Assembly (NCBI GenBank): GCA_963931685.1
Contig: OZ007038.1
Coordinates: 746,940 to 810,939 of the forward strand
DNA length: 64,000 bases
Direction: 5' to 3'
From: an uncultured Bacilli bacterium
GTDB taxonomy: Bacteria; Bacillota_I; Bacilli_A; RF39; UBA660
In this document: in pieces, positions 56,031-64,000 of the stretch
How positions within the stretch are numbered: the stretch's first letter is position 1
How the letters are laid out: the number at the start of each line of letters is the position of its first letter
The notes under the pieces: generated by a model
Database searches by the model: none
Seen by the model: the letters and a program-made list of their open reading frames with translations, nothing else
Told to the model about the DNA's origin: nothing
Position numbers and translations under genes: made by a program

Positions 56031-56762
56031 TTACTTCTCCTTTATAAAGTTTTTAATAATAGAATTTGTTTGCCCTATTCTTTCTAAGTAAGCATAGTGA
56101 GTACACCCTTCATATGGTATGACTGCTGAATCTTTAATTAATGTTTCTAATTCATAGGCATCGGCAATAGGAACGGCGGCATCATGTGTTCCCCATATAA
56201 TTATAGTGGGACAAGTTATTTTTTTTACGTTTTCTGTTATATCTGTATTTACATGTTTAACTAATATATCTCTCATCATTGGAGAAGCATTTCTATAATC
56301 GGTAGATCCCATATGTTTTTTCATGGTTTCGGCTATGTTTTTTAGGCCTGGCAATTGTTTTAGTTTTTTTAATGTTTTTACTTTTAAACTATTTGGATTT
56401 TTCCTTACTTTAAACGGGCTACCAAATAAGATTAGTTTTTTTACAGGGTAAATACTTGCGTAAAGTAAGCTTAATTTCCCACCGAATGAATGACCTATTA
56501 AAATTGGGTTTTCTACATTTAATGATTTTAATAGTTCATGAATCATTTCTACAAAATCATTAAGTTCCCATACTTCTTTAGGCTCTTCACTTTTTCCGTG
56601 TCCTGGGAGGTCAATAATAATTACATCGTTATCTATTAGACTATCCCCTACTGGTTTCATCATTTGGATATTTTGACCCCATCCATGAAGTAATACAACA
56701 GTTTGATTTTCTATATTTCCATATCTTATATAATTTACATTAATATCTTTATATTTAAACAT
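56031..56762 (-). CDS. alpha/beta hydrolase
   Basis: ORF-track 56031..56771 starts at GTG. ATG 56762 (MFKYKD) follows GAAGGTG. HGWG oxyanion region and GHSFGG nucleophile elbow. Confidence 0.8.
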   Translation of the reverse strand: MFKYKDINVNYIRYGNIENQTVVLLHGWGQNIQMMKPVGDSLIDNDVIIIDLPGHGKSEEPKEVWELNDFVEMIHELLKSLNVENPILIGHSFGGKLSLLYASIYPVKKLILFGSPFKVRKNPNSLKVKTLKKLKQLPGLKNIAETMKKHMGSTDYRNASPMMRDILVKHVNTDITENVKKITCPTIIIWGTHDAAVPIADAYELETLIKDSAVIPYEGCTHYAYLERIGQTNSIIKNFIKEK

Positions 56763-56799
56763 TTCATTCACCTTCTTTTTATTATAGCATACTCATTTA

Positions 56800-57000
56800 A
56801 TTTCAACAACAAAAAAACGTCCTAGTTAAGGACGAGTTTTCCCGCGGTACCACCTTATTTTATTAATTAAAATACACTCAAATAACTATAACGCGTTACC
56901 GTTCTTATCTACTTATTTTCAAAAAGAAACATCAAGAGTGATCTATATATTAAACTGTTATTAGTTCACACCACCACTAACTCTCTTTAAACTATTTTAA
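56800..57000 (-). promoter_or_regulatory. T-box riboswitch leader, candidate Ile (AUC) specifier
   Basis: Minus strand: AGAGAG (56986..56981) ... AUC-A-CUCUU (specifier 56942..56940) ... F-box-like ACGCGUUA ... T-box AAGGUGGUACCGCGG (56854..56842) ... terminator CGUCCU-UAACU-AGGACG (56834..56818) plus U7. Confidence 0.8.
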
Positions 57001-57024
57001 TATACCGGCTCTATCATTTGTTTT

Positions 57025-57504
57025 TTATATATCTAATTTGTCTATATCATCAATAATTTCTAATTGTGATTCAATAATGTTTTTTAATCTATGTTTTAAA
57101 ACATTAATATTTCTTTTCATCATTTCAGCATCGTTTTCTATTTTTTCAGCTCTAATTAAAGCTTCATTAACTATTCTACTAGCGTTTTTCTTAGCATCAT
57201 CTAAAATTATTTCACTTTCGTGGTGAGCGGCAACTTTTAACTGGTCTGATGTTTTTTGGGCCATTAGTATGGCTCTATTTAAAGTACTTTCCATTCTTTC
57301 ATATTGCTCGAGTTTTTCTTTTAGAGCATTTGTTTCTTCTAGTTTTGATTTTAATTTTCTAATTTCGTCATTTTTGTCAACAATTAATTTGTTTTTAGCA
57401 TCTATATCAGCTATCATTTTTTCTACTCTTTTAATAACTTGATCTAAGAAGTTATTTACTTCATCTGGATCATAGCCTCTCATGACTCTAGTAAATTTTT
57501 CCAT
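57025..57504 (-). CDS. divIVA: DivIVA-domain protein
   Basis: 159 aa. FTRVMRGYDPDEVNNFLDQV followed by a coiled coil. Confidence 0.8.
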   Translation of the reverse strand: MEKFTRVMRGYDPDEVNNFLDQVIKRVEKMIADIDAKNKLIVDKNDEIRKLKSKLEETNALKEKLEQYERMESTLNRAILMAQKTSDQLKVAAHHESEIILDDAKKNASRIVNEALIRAEKIENDAEMMKRNINVLKHRLKNIIESQLEIIDDIDKLDI

Positions 57505-57547
57505 AAACTCGACCTCACCTTGGCAAAAACGCCTTATATTCTTTTAT

Positions 57548-57952
57548 TTACCACTCAATATCTATATTATTATTATCATGGATACCTTTTCCTTCGGTAT
57601 CGTTAGTTATTTTTCCTTGAACGCTAACATTATTTGGCGTACATAGAAAAATTCCTCCTCCAATTTTTTGCAAATCCCCACCAATTGCATAAATTGTACC
57701 ACTTAAGAAATCTACTATTCTTTTTGCTTGTTCAGGGGTAACTCTTTTTAAATTAACAACGACAGTATTTCTCTTTTTTAAATGGTCAGCAATTTGTTGG
57801 GATTCAGAGTAAGCTCTTGGCTCTAATAAAATCATTTTAGCTCCGCCTTCTTCTGTTAAAGCTTCTTCTGTTTTTAAATCATAGTATTGATCATTTGTTG
57901 GGGCTGCAAATACATCTTCTTCCTCACCCATGATTTTCTTTATCAAACCCAT
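57548..57952 (-). CDS. sepF: cell division protein SepF
   Basis: 134 aa. The C-terminal domain [31 protein letters not shown]...[23 protein letters not shown] is the SepF pattern. Confidence 0.9.
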   Translation of the reverse strand: MGLIKKIMGEEEDVFAAPTNDQYYDLKTEEALTEEGGAKMILLEPRAYSESQQIADHLKKRNTVVVNLKRVTPEQAKRIVDFLSGTIYAIGGDLQKIGGGIFLCTPNNVSVQGKITNDTEGKGIHDNNNIDIEW

Positions 57953-58135
57953 ATTTATCCTCCTTAGTATGAAACTATTTCACTTTGCTATACTTAATTT
58001 TATCATAGTTTTTAGAAAAAGAAAATGTTTTTTCTGATACTTTTACTATTTTGTGTAAAGTAAGACGTATAATACGACTTATTTTAACATTTATAGATAT
58101 AATTTGATATAATTATTTTAAAGGAAGTTTGATTT

Positions 58136-59422
58136 ATGGCAAAAAGAGTCAGTAAAAAGATTAGAAAAAGAAAAAGAATCTTAAAGTTTATTTTAGTTTT
58201 AGTTTTAATAGGTATAGGAATATTTGTTTATTTTTGGGTCAATAATAAGATTTTTTTTAGTAGTGCTGATTATACTAATGAAGGAGATATTACCTATTAT
58301 GATATTTATGGAATTCATATGAATTTTGAAGGCTCTTTTAAACTTGATGATGGTTTTAGTAATCCTAAACTTGTTTTGGCTAATGGTTCTGATGAGAAGG
58401 TTATCGAATGGGATTTATTTGAGGATGGTGATGGTTATAGTTTTAAAACAAGTAAATATATAAATGACGGTATTAATTTAGAAGAGTTAGAAAATGGAAC
58501 TTATTATTTATTGATTAAGGCCTTTGGTAATGAGGAAGCTAAATATTTTCCTTTGATTAATAAGACTAAATATAGTGATTTAACTTATTATACTTTGACT
58601 AAAAATAGCAGTAATAAAAAAATTGATATTACATGGGATAAATATCAAGGTAATGAAATTTTGGGTTTTCATATTAGAACTACTAAGTTACCCGATGATG
58701 TTTATGATATTACTATAGATCCAGGGCATGATGGTAAGGATGCTGGTATGATTGTGTGTGAAAATGGTGATGTACCTAGTAGTTCTGGTAAGTGTTCTAG
58801 AAGTAAGTCTTACAAGGAATCGGATATTAATTTTACAGTTTCTAAGGCGTTAAAGGATGAGTTAGAAAATTTAGGATACAAAGTTAAATTAACAAGAGAT
58901 AGTAAATCTGATACGGTTCCAACTTATGGAGAAATGGGAGGTGCAACTACAGCTAATGCGACTAAATCTAAGTTTAATTTTGCTTTACACCATAATTCAA
59001 CAAATGTTCCTGGTGGCATGTCTTCAACTTATGGGTTAGAGGTTTATGTGGCTGGTGATAGTAAGTTTGATTTAGCTAAATTACTTGTTTCAAATATATG
59101 TGAGTATGGTAATACTTCTACTTCTACTAAGGAAGAATTTAAGGTTGAAAATGGTATTTATCAGAGGTTTTCTGATGATGGGGTTACTCCTTATTATTAC
59201 ATGATTAGAGAAGTTGGTGGGATTGCGACTCATGCATATGTGGATGGCAGTAATACTAATTATGATGAAAATCCTTATTATAATTCTAATAATACAGCGG
59301 AAGGTTATTTGTTAGAACTTGGTTATATTGATAATGTGAACGAACTTAAAAATATTTTAGATAATCCAGAAGGTTATGCGAGAGGTATTGCTTTGGCTTT
59401 GAAGGAATATTTAGAAAAATAA
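58136..59422 (+). CDS. N-acetylmuramoyl-L-alanine amidase (Amidase_3) with N-terminal anchor and extra domain
   Basis: 428 aa. TM helix, then an unknown domain of about 170 aa, then ITIDPGHDGKDAG ... FALHHNS ... LELGYIDN. Confidence 0.8.
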   Translation: MAKRVSKKIRKRKRILKFILVLVLIGIGIFVYFWVNNKIFFSSADYTNEGDITYYDIYGIHMNFEGSFKLDDGFSNPKLVLANGSDEKVIEWDLFEDGDGYSFKTSKYINDGINLEELENGTYYLLIKAFGNEEAKYFPLINKTKYSDLTYYTLTKNSSNKKIDITWDKYQGNEILGFHIRTTKLPDDVYDITIDPGHDGKDAGMIVCENGDVPSSSGKCSRSKSYKESDINFTVSKALKDELENLGYKVKLTRDSKSDTVPTYGEMGGATTANATKSKFNFALHHNSTNVPGGMSSTYGLEVYVAGDSKFDLAKLLVSNICEYGNTSTSTKEEFKVENGIYQRFSDDGVTPYYYMIREVGGIATHAYVDGSNTNYDENPYYNSNNTAEGYLLELGYIDNVNELKNILDNPEGYARGIALALKEYLEK

Positions 59423-59455
59423 AAGAATATATTTTAGGATTGATATATTCTTTTT

Positions 59456-60382
59456 TTAAATCTTCTTTACTAATTTTTTATTTGTATTATTAATAGCTCT
59501 ATGGCTTAAAAAAGCAAGGGCTGATACAGCTAATATACTTGGAAAGACTTTTTTGTGACTAAGCATTCCGATAAGCCCTATAAGAACTGAGACACTAAAT
59601 AAAGCGATTAGGTTTGGGCTTTTCTTTTGCAGCTTATATTTTGGGGCTTTTGGTCTATTTTGGACTACTTTTGTATTATTTTCTTTTTTCTTTATAGGTT
59701 CTTTGGATGTAGTTTTTGGATTATTTTTTTGTTTACTTTTAATTTCAGAATGCTTTTGATTAATTACCTTTTTATTTGGTGCTTTTTGTTTAGTAATTTC
59801 TTTTCTTTCTGGTTTTTTTATTTCGTTTGGTTTCTTTTTTATGTTTTCCTTTTTTATTTCATTGGATTTCTTTTTTAAGTTTTCTTTTTGTTTGGATACA
59901 TTCATAACTAATTTATGTTTTCTACTAATATTTGGCGTTAGTATAACAACTTTACTAATTAGTTTTTTTTGCTTGCTAATATTAATTGGTGTTTTGGTAA
60001 TATTTGGTTTCTTTTTTGAGGGAGGTAAAGCACTGAAGTTTATAATATTATCAGATGCTTTTTTAGAATAATTTTGATTTGACTTTATTTTTTCTTTTTT
60101 ATAATTATTTCCAATAATACTAAGGACTTCTCCTCCATCAGAAGAATCATTAAATAATGCTATTAGTTCTTTATTTATTATCAATATAGAAATATCATAA
60201 GTTTTATAATCATTTTTTATTTGCATTTTTATTTTTTTAAATATGGTTTTAGAGGTTTTTGTTTTCGAAAAAATAATGGTATTATTTACTTCATTATTTA
60301 ATATTTTACAAAATTTATCTACATTTTTATTTTGAAATAAGGCTTTTAAAAATGCTTTTTTTGATAAAATGATTTTGTTCAT
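59456..60382 (-). CDS. hypothetical Lys-rich protein with C-terminal TM helices
   Basis: 308 aa. The central region is Lys/Asn/Pro low-complexity repeats (KKSNEIKKENIKKKPNEIKKPERKE). The C-terminus has two hydrophobic helices. Confidence 0.5.
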   Translation of the reverse strand: MNKIILSKKAFLKALFQNKNVDKFCKILNNEVNNTIIFSKTKTSKTIFKKIKMQIKNDYKTYDISILIINKELIALFNDSSDGGEVLSIIGNNYKKEKIKSNQNYSKKASDNIINFSALPPSKKKPNITKTPINISKQKKLISKVVILTPNISRKHKLVMNVSKQKENLKKKSNEIKKENIKKKPNEIKKPERKEITKQKAPNKKVINQKHSEIKSKQKNNPKTTSKEPIKKKENNTKVVQNRPKAPKYKLQKKSPNLIALFSVSVLIGLIGMLSHKKVFPSILAVSALAFLSHRAINNTNKKLVKKI

Positions 60383-60425
60383 AAACTTTCTCCATTTCTA
60401 TATTTAAAAACTTTTATTGGATGTT

Positions 60426-61796
60426 TTAAAATTTTATTTTTTCATTTAAGTAATCTTTTAGTTCTTCTATTTTAATAACGGCTTGTTTCATGCTGTCTCT
60501 ATCTCTAACGGTTACTGTACCATTATTTATTGTTTCATCATCTATAGTTATACAAAATGGTGTTCCAGCAATGTCCTGTCTACGGTATCGTTTACCAATG
60601 TTACCGGTTTCATCATATGTTATCATGAAATCTTTTGCTAGTTCATTATATACTTCTATAGCTTTTTCTTTATGATGTTTTTTTACAAGTGGTAATACGG
60701 CTGCTTTATAAGGGGCTAAGAAAGGATGGAAGTGCATAACTTCTCTAGTAGTTCCATCTTCTAAGGTTTCTTCTTCATAGGCGTTACATAGGAGCGCTAA
60801 AGCTAGACGGTCAGCTCCAACGCTTGATTCAACGACTGTTGGTAAGATTTTTTCATTGGTATCTGGGTCTAGATAACGCATACTATTTCCTGAATATTCT
60901 TCATGTCTAGATAGGTCGTATGTTCCTCTATGGTGAGTTCCCCAAAGTTCATCAAAACCAAATGGGAATCTATACTGAATATCACAAGCGGCTTTACAAT
61001 AGAAGACTAATTTTTCATGGTCTTTGAATCTAATATCTTCTTTTTTTATACCTAGGCTTATTAAGAAATCCCATGCTTTCTTTTTATAATTTTCATAAAA
61101 ATTCATTGAGTCTTCATCTGTACAGAAAAGTTGGTGCTCCATCTGTTCAAATTCTAATGTTCTAAATGTAAAGTTACCTGGGGTAATTTCATTTCTAAAG
61201 GCTTTACCTACTTGACCTATTCCAAATGGTAATTTTGCTCTCATTGATTTTTGAACGTTTAAGAAGTTAACGAACTCTCCTTGAGCTGTTTCTCCTCTTA
61301 GATATACTTTAGATGAGTCATCTTTAATAACTCCTCTACTTGTTTCAAATAGTAAGTTAAACTGTCTTATTTTAGTCCAGTTTGATTTACCACATTTTGG
61401 ACATTTAATGTCATGCTTTATTATATAATTATATAGTTCTTCATCGCTCATAGAGTCGCCATCAATTTCTGGATTTACTGCTTCGACTAATTTATCAGCA
61501 CGCTGTCTTGATTTACATTCTTTACAGTCGATTAATGGATCTGAGAAGTTTTGAACATGGCCTGATGCTTCCCATACTTTTGGGTTCATTAATATAGCGG
61601 CATCTACACCATAGCTATGTTTACTTTCCTGGATGAATTTCTTCCACCAAGCTTTTTTTAAGTTGTTTTTAAGTTCGGTTCCAAGTGGACCATAATCCCA
61701 AGTGTTGGCGAGTCCTCCATAGATTTCACTACCTTGAAATATAAATCCATATTGTTTACAAACACTTACTAATTTTTCCATTGTTAATTTTTCCAT
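60426..61796 (-). CDS. glyQS: glycine--tRNA ligase (alpha2 type)
   Basis: 456 aa. Class II motifs (FRNEITPGNFTFRTLEFEQME, GADRL) and a C-terminal anticodon-binding domain. Confidence 0.95.
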   Translation of the reverse strand: MEKLTMEKLVSVCKQYGFIFQGSEIYGGLANTWDYGPLGTELKNNLKKAWWKKFIQESKHSYGVDAAILMNPKVWEASGHVQNFSDPLIDCKECKSRQRADKLVEAVNPEIDGDSMSDEELYNYIIKHDIKCPKCGKSNWTKIRQFNLLFETSRGVIKDDSSKVYLRGETAQGEFVNFLNVQKSMRAKLPFGIGQVGKAFRNEITPGNFTFRTLEFEQMEHQLFCTDEDSMNFYENYKKKAWDFLISLGIKKEDIRFKDHEKLVFYCKAACDIQYRFPFGFDELWGTHHRGTYDLSRHEEYSGNSMRYLDPDTNEKILPTVVESSVGADRLALALLCNAYEEETLEDGTTREVMHFHPFLAPYKAAVLPLVKKHHKEKAIEVYNELAKDFMITYDETGNIGKRYRRQDIAGTPFCITIDDETINNGTVTVRDRDSMKQAVIKIEELKDYLNEKIKF

Positions 61797-61811
61797 AAAT
61801 ACCTCCTAAAT

Positions 61812-61936
61812 AAAAAACTCCTAGTAATATATAAGGACGGTTAATGACCGCGGTTCCACCTTATTTATTCTAGAAGAATCACTTTCTAATATATGACTCC
61901 CTGCTTTCCACACAGATCATCGCCTTTCAATATACA
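61812..61936 (-). promoter_or_regulatory. compact T-box leader upstream of glyQS
   Basis: Minus strand: ...GCGAUGA... (K-turn-like, as in the Bacillus glyQS leader), GGC and GGA triplets, stem UAGAA-AGUGAUUC-UUCUA, T-box AAGGUGGAACCGCGG (61862..61848), then UCCU...AGGAG pairing next to the SD. Stem I was not resolved by hand. Confidence 0.6.
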
Positions 61937-61941
61937 TTTTC

Positions 61942-61970
61942 ATTTTATGTTTTTCTTTTATTTTAGTCAA
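61942..61970 (-). promoter_or_regulatory. candidate sigma-A promoter of the glyQS leader
   Basis: TTGACT (61970..61965), 17-nt spacer, TAAAAT (61947..61942). Confidence 0.4.
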
Positions 61971-61971
61971 G

Positions 61972-62712
61972 TTAATTTGTTAATTTTTGTAAATTTTTGA
62001 TAAAACTTTTACTTTTTAAATATAAACCGGTGTATCTAGAATAGTAATCATCTAAGAATAAATTGATTTCGTTTTTTGATTTTGGGCCTATATCCAGTTT
62101 GGATATTTTTTCAATATCAACATAATAAAACATTCTAATTAGTTTGATTGTTTTATCTGATACTATATTTTCGTTTGTGTAGCAGTCTTTACAGACATAG
62201 CCACCTTTATAACTAGAGAGTGTTACTATGCCTGTTTTTTTTCCACATATTGCGCATGAATCTATTATAGGCATGACACCTAAAAATTCTAAGTATTTTA
62301 ATTCTAAAATATTCATGATAACTAAAGGATCAAAGCCTTCATTAATTTTTTTTAAACTTTGAATTAATAGGTCAAATATATGAGGGTTATTATTTTGTTT
62401 GATGACACCTTCACTTAATTCTAACATATAGGCGGCATAACTAATAGAGGTTATGTCTTTTTTTAAGTTTTTAAAATTATCTAAAACGCTTACTTCTTTG
62501 ATTGTTGAAATTTTATTTTCTTTATAGTAAATGATAAATGTTCCATAGGTTAATTTTGAAGAGACACTTCTTAAAGGGCTTTTTAGATTTTTGCATCCTT
62601 TAGCCATCATTGAAATTAAGCCTTTTTCTTTGGTTATAACATTTAATATTTTACTTGTTTCTCCATAATTTGTTTCACTAACTATTATTCCGGTTACTTC
62701 CTCTAGATTCAT
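61972..62712 (-). CDS. recO: DNA repair protein RecO
   Basis: 246 aa. N-terminal OB fold (GIIVSETNYGETSKIL) and zinc motif CAICGKK...CKDC. Confidence 0.9.
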   Translation of the reverse strand: MNLEEVTGIIVSETNYGETSKILNVITKEKGLISMMAKGCKNLKSPLRSVSSKLTYGTFIIYYKENKISTIKEVSVLDNFKNLKKDITSISYAAYMLELSEGVIKQNNNPHIFDLLIQSLKKINEGFDPLVIMNILELKYLEFLGVMPIIDSCAICGKKTGIVTLSSYKGGYVCKDCYTNENIVSDKTIKLIRMFYYVDIEKISKLDIGPKSKNEINLFLDDYYSRYTGLYLKSKSFIKNLQKLTN

Positions 62713-62834
62713 TTTTTCCCTCTTCTTTATATTTTAAATAATATTCTATTTTTCCTGTTAATCTAAATAGATTCCATAAATCTTCTTTATTCATTTTTAT
62801 CACCCATTAATATTGTGGTGATGTTTACTATTTT

Positions 62835-63723
62835 TTATTCAGTAAAATCGTTAAAATTAAACTCTGTTAAATATTTTTCTCTATCACGCCATTTTTCAAT
62901 TGTTTTGACATATAATTCTAAATATACTTTAGTTCCTAATATTTCTTCTAAATCTTTTCTAGCTAAGGTGCCGATTTTTTTAATCATGCTTCCACCTTTA
63001 CCGATGATTATTTTTTTAAGGGCATCTCTATCAACAATGATAGCAACATTAATGATATTTTTATCTTTATCCTTGACTATTTTTTCTACAACGCATGTTA
63101 CTGAATGAGGTACTTCTTCTTTGGTGAGCCAAAGTATTTTTTCTCTGACTGTTTCAGCTATCATGAACTGCATACTTCTATTAGTAATCATACTGTCATC
63201 AAAGTATTTGATATTATCTTTGAGATACTCTTTTATTACTTTGATCAGTTCATCTACATTTTTATTTTTTAAGGCAGATATTGGAACTATTTCTTTAAAG
63301 TTATATAAATCTTTATATTCGTTTATTTTTAGGAATATTTCATCTTTTGATAAACCGTCAATTTTATTAATGACTAAGATAACTGGTTTGTTTATATTTT
63401 TTAATCTTTCTATAACATATTTATCGCCTTTACCAAGGCCGGCTTTGGCATCTACTAATAGGCACACTACATCAACATCTTCTATACTGTAATAAGCTCC
63501 CCTATTTAATATTTGACCTAGTTTATGAGTTGGTTTATGAATTCCTGGGGTATCTACAAAGACGATTTGGGTGTCATCATCGTTATAAATACCTTGAATG
63601 ATGTTTCTAGTTGTTTGGGGTTTATCAGAAATTATAGCTATTTTGCTTCCAACTATTTGGTTTATTAAGGTTGATTTTCCAACGTTTGGTCTTCCTACAA
63701 AACTTACAAATCCACTGCGCATA
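62835..63723 (-). CDS. era: GTPase Era
   Basis: ORF-track 62835..63770. AGGAGG precedes ATG 63723 (MRSGFVSFVGRPNVGKST). G1 to G4 motifs (DTPG, NKID) and a C-terminal KH domain. Confidence 0.95.
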
Positions 63724-63725
63724 TT

Positions 63726-64000
63726 TATCCTCCTATTAAGACTAAGATTTTTGGCACGAAAATAATACATCCAATAACAATAGCTGTTAGACCAAATACT
63801 AAGACGGCGGCAGCGGCTGTATCTTTGGCTATTTTTGCTAGTGGATGGGTTTCTTTAGTAACTAAATCAATGGTGGCTTCGATACTGGTGTTTATTAATT
63901 CTGTTGCTATAACTAAGCCAATTATTAGAGCTAGGACAAGCCATTCGGTGATTGATATTTTGAAGAAGATTCCAGCAATTATTACTAATATGGTGGCTAA
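63726..64000 (-). CDS. dgkA: diacylglycerol/undecaprenol kinase DgkA (C-terminal part, runs off the window)
   Basis: Minus-strand translation read by eye: ...ATELINTSIEATIDLVTKETHPLAKIAKDTAAAAVLVFGL... It stops 2 nt before the era start. Confidence 0.75.

Noticed and set aside
57038-63492. Antisense ORFs within divIVA, the Lys-rich gene, glyQS and era (57038..57226, 59627..59878, 59841..60071, 60490..60675, 62815..63108, 63121..63492)
   Set aside because: Antisense artefacts. The Phe/Leu-rich translations mirror Lys/Glu-rich sense codons.
1-64000. Mollicutes-type genetic code (TGA as Trp), given the extreme AT-richness
   Set aside because: Long housekeeping ORFs (ileS, topA, comEC, glyQS) are uninterrupted under the standard code. 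TGA is seen as a genuine stop, for example TGA TAA at 23103..23108 and TGA ending the coupling-gene remnant at 9053..9055.
1-64000. CRISPR arrays, cas genes, rRNA
   Set aside because: No regularly spaced direct repeats or cas-like ORFs were found by eye. The only repeats are IS and element copies and low-complexity coding repeats.

Overview
Very AT-rich Bacillota-type chromosome segment. It uses the standard genetic code: long housekeeping ORFs are intact and TGA acts as a stop. Sporulation-linked genes (sigK, a YjcZ-like peptide, a DUF1540-like peptide), competence genes (comEA, comEC) and many cell-wall genes suggest a walled, probably spore-forming Clostridia- or Erysipelotrichia-like organism. 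That placement is an inference; no search was run. Layout: (1) 1-11 kb is accessory DNA. It holds the end of a conjugative element (PcfM-like protein, VirD4-type coupling protein, Xis, Int), then a second, decayed relative (ssb operon, surface protein, IS scar, coupling-gene remnant, Xis, Int). Each ends in a 45-nt tRNA-Arg(UCU)-like 3' fragment. (2) Three TnpB-only IS200/IS605-family elements are present, two intact and one decayed, plus a 275-bp TnpB-less relative. (3) One complete IS4-family element has a 9-bp target duplication, and a 293-bp identical fragment of it lies at 8.4 kb. (4) A cargo-free recombinase-in-trio (RIT) element lies at 25.2-28.3 kb, with three tyrosine recombinases between 99-bp inverted repeats. 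(5) The rest is core genes: topA, femAB-like, yebC, rnc, yidD, dac, GH13 amylase, comEC, comEA, ftsW/rodA-family, def, sigK, ileS, ddl, murF-like, divIVA, sepF, amidase, glyQS, recO, era, dgkA. Items worth a second look: the RIT element and its odd left junction; a perfect 242-bp inverted duplication inside a surface-protein gene, fused by 7-bp microhomology to the IS scar; an Ile-type T-box that appears to control hydrolase-murF-ddl-ileS rather than ileS alone; a MurF-like ligase whose N-terminal domain is replaced by about five TM helices; a tandem pair of HTH-metallophosphoesterase paralogs of unknown role; and the consistent placement of IS605-family right ends just upstream of co-directional genes. 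No CRISPR array, rRNA or intact tRNA was seen. All family assignments come from motifs read by eye, not from database searches.
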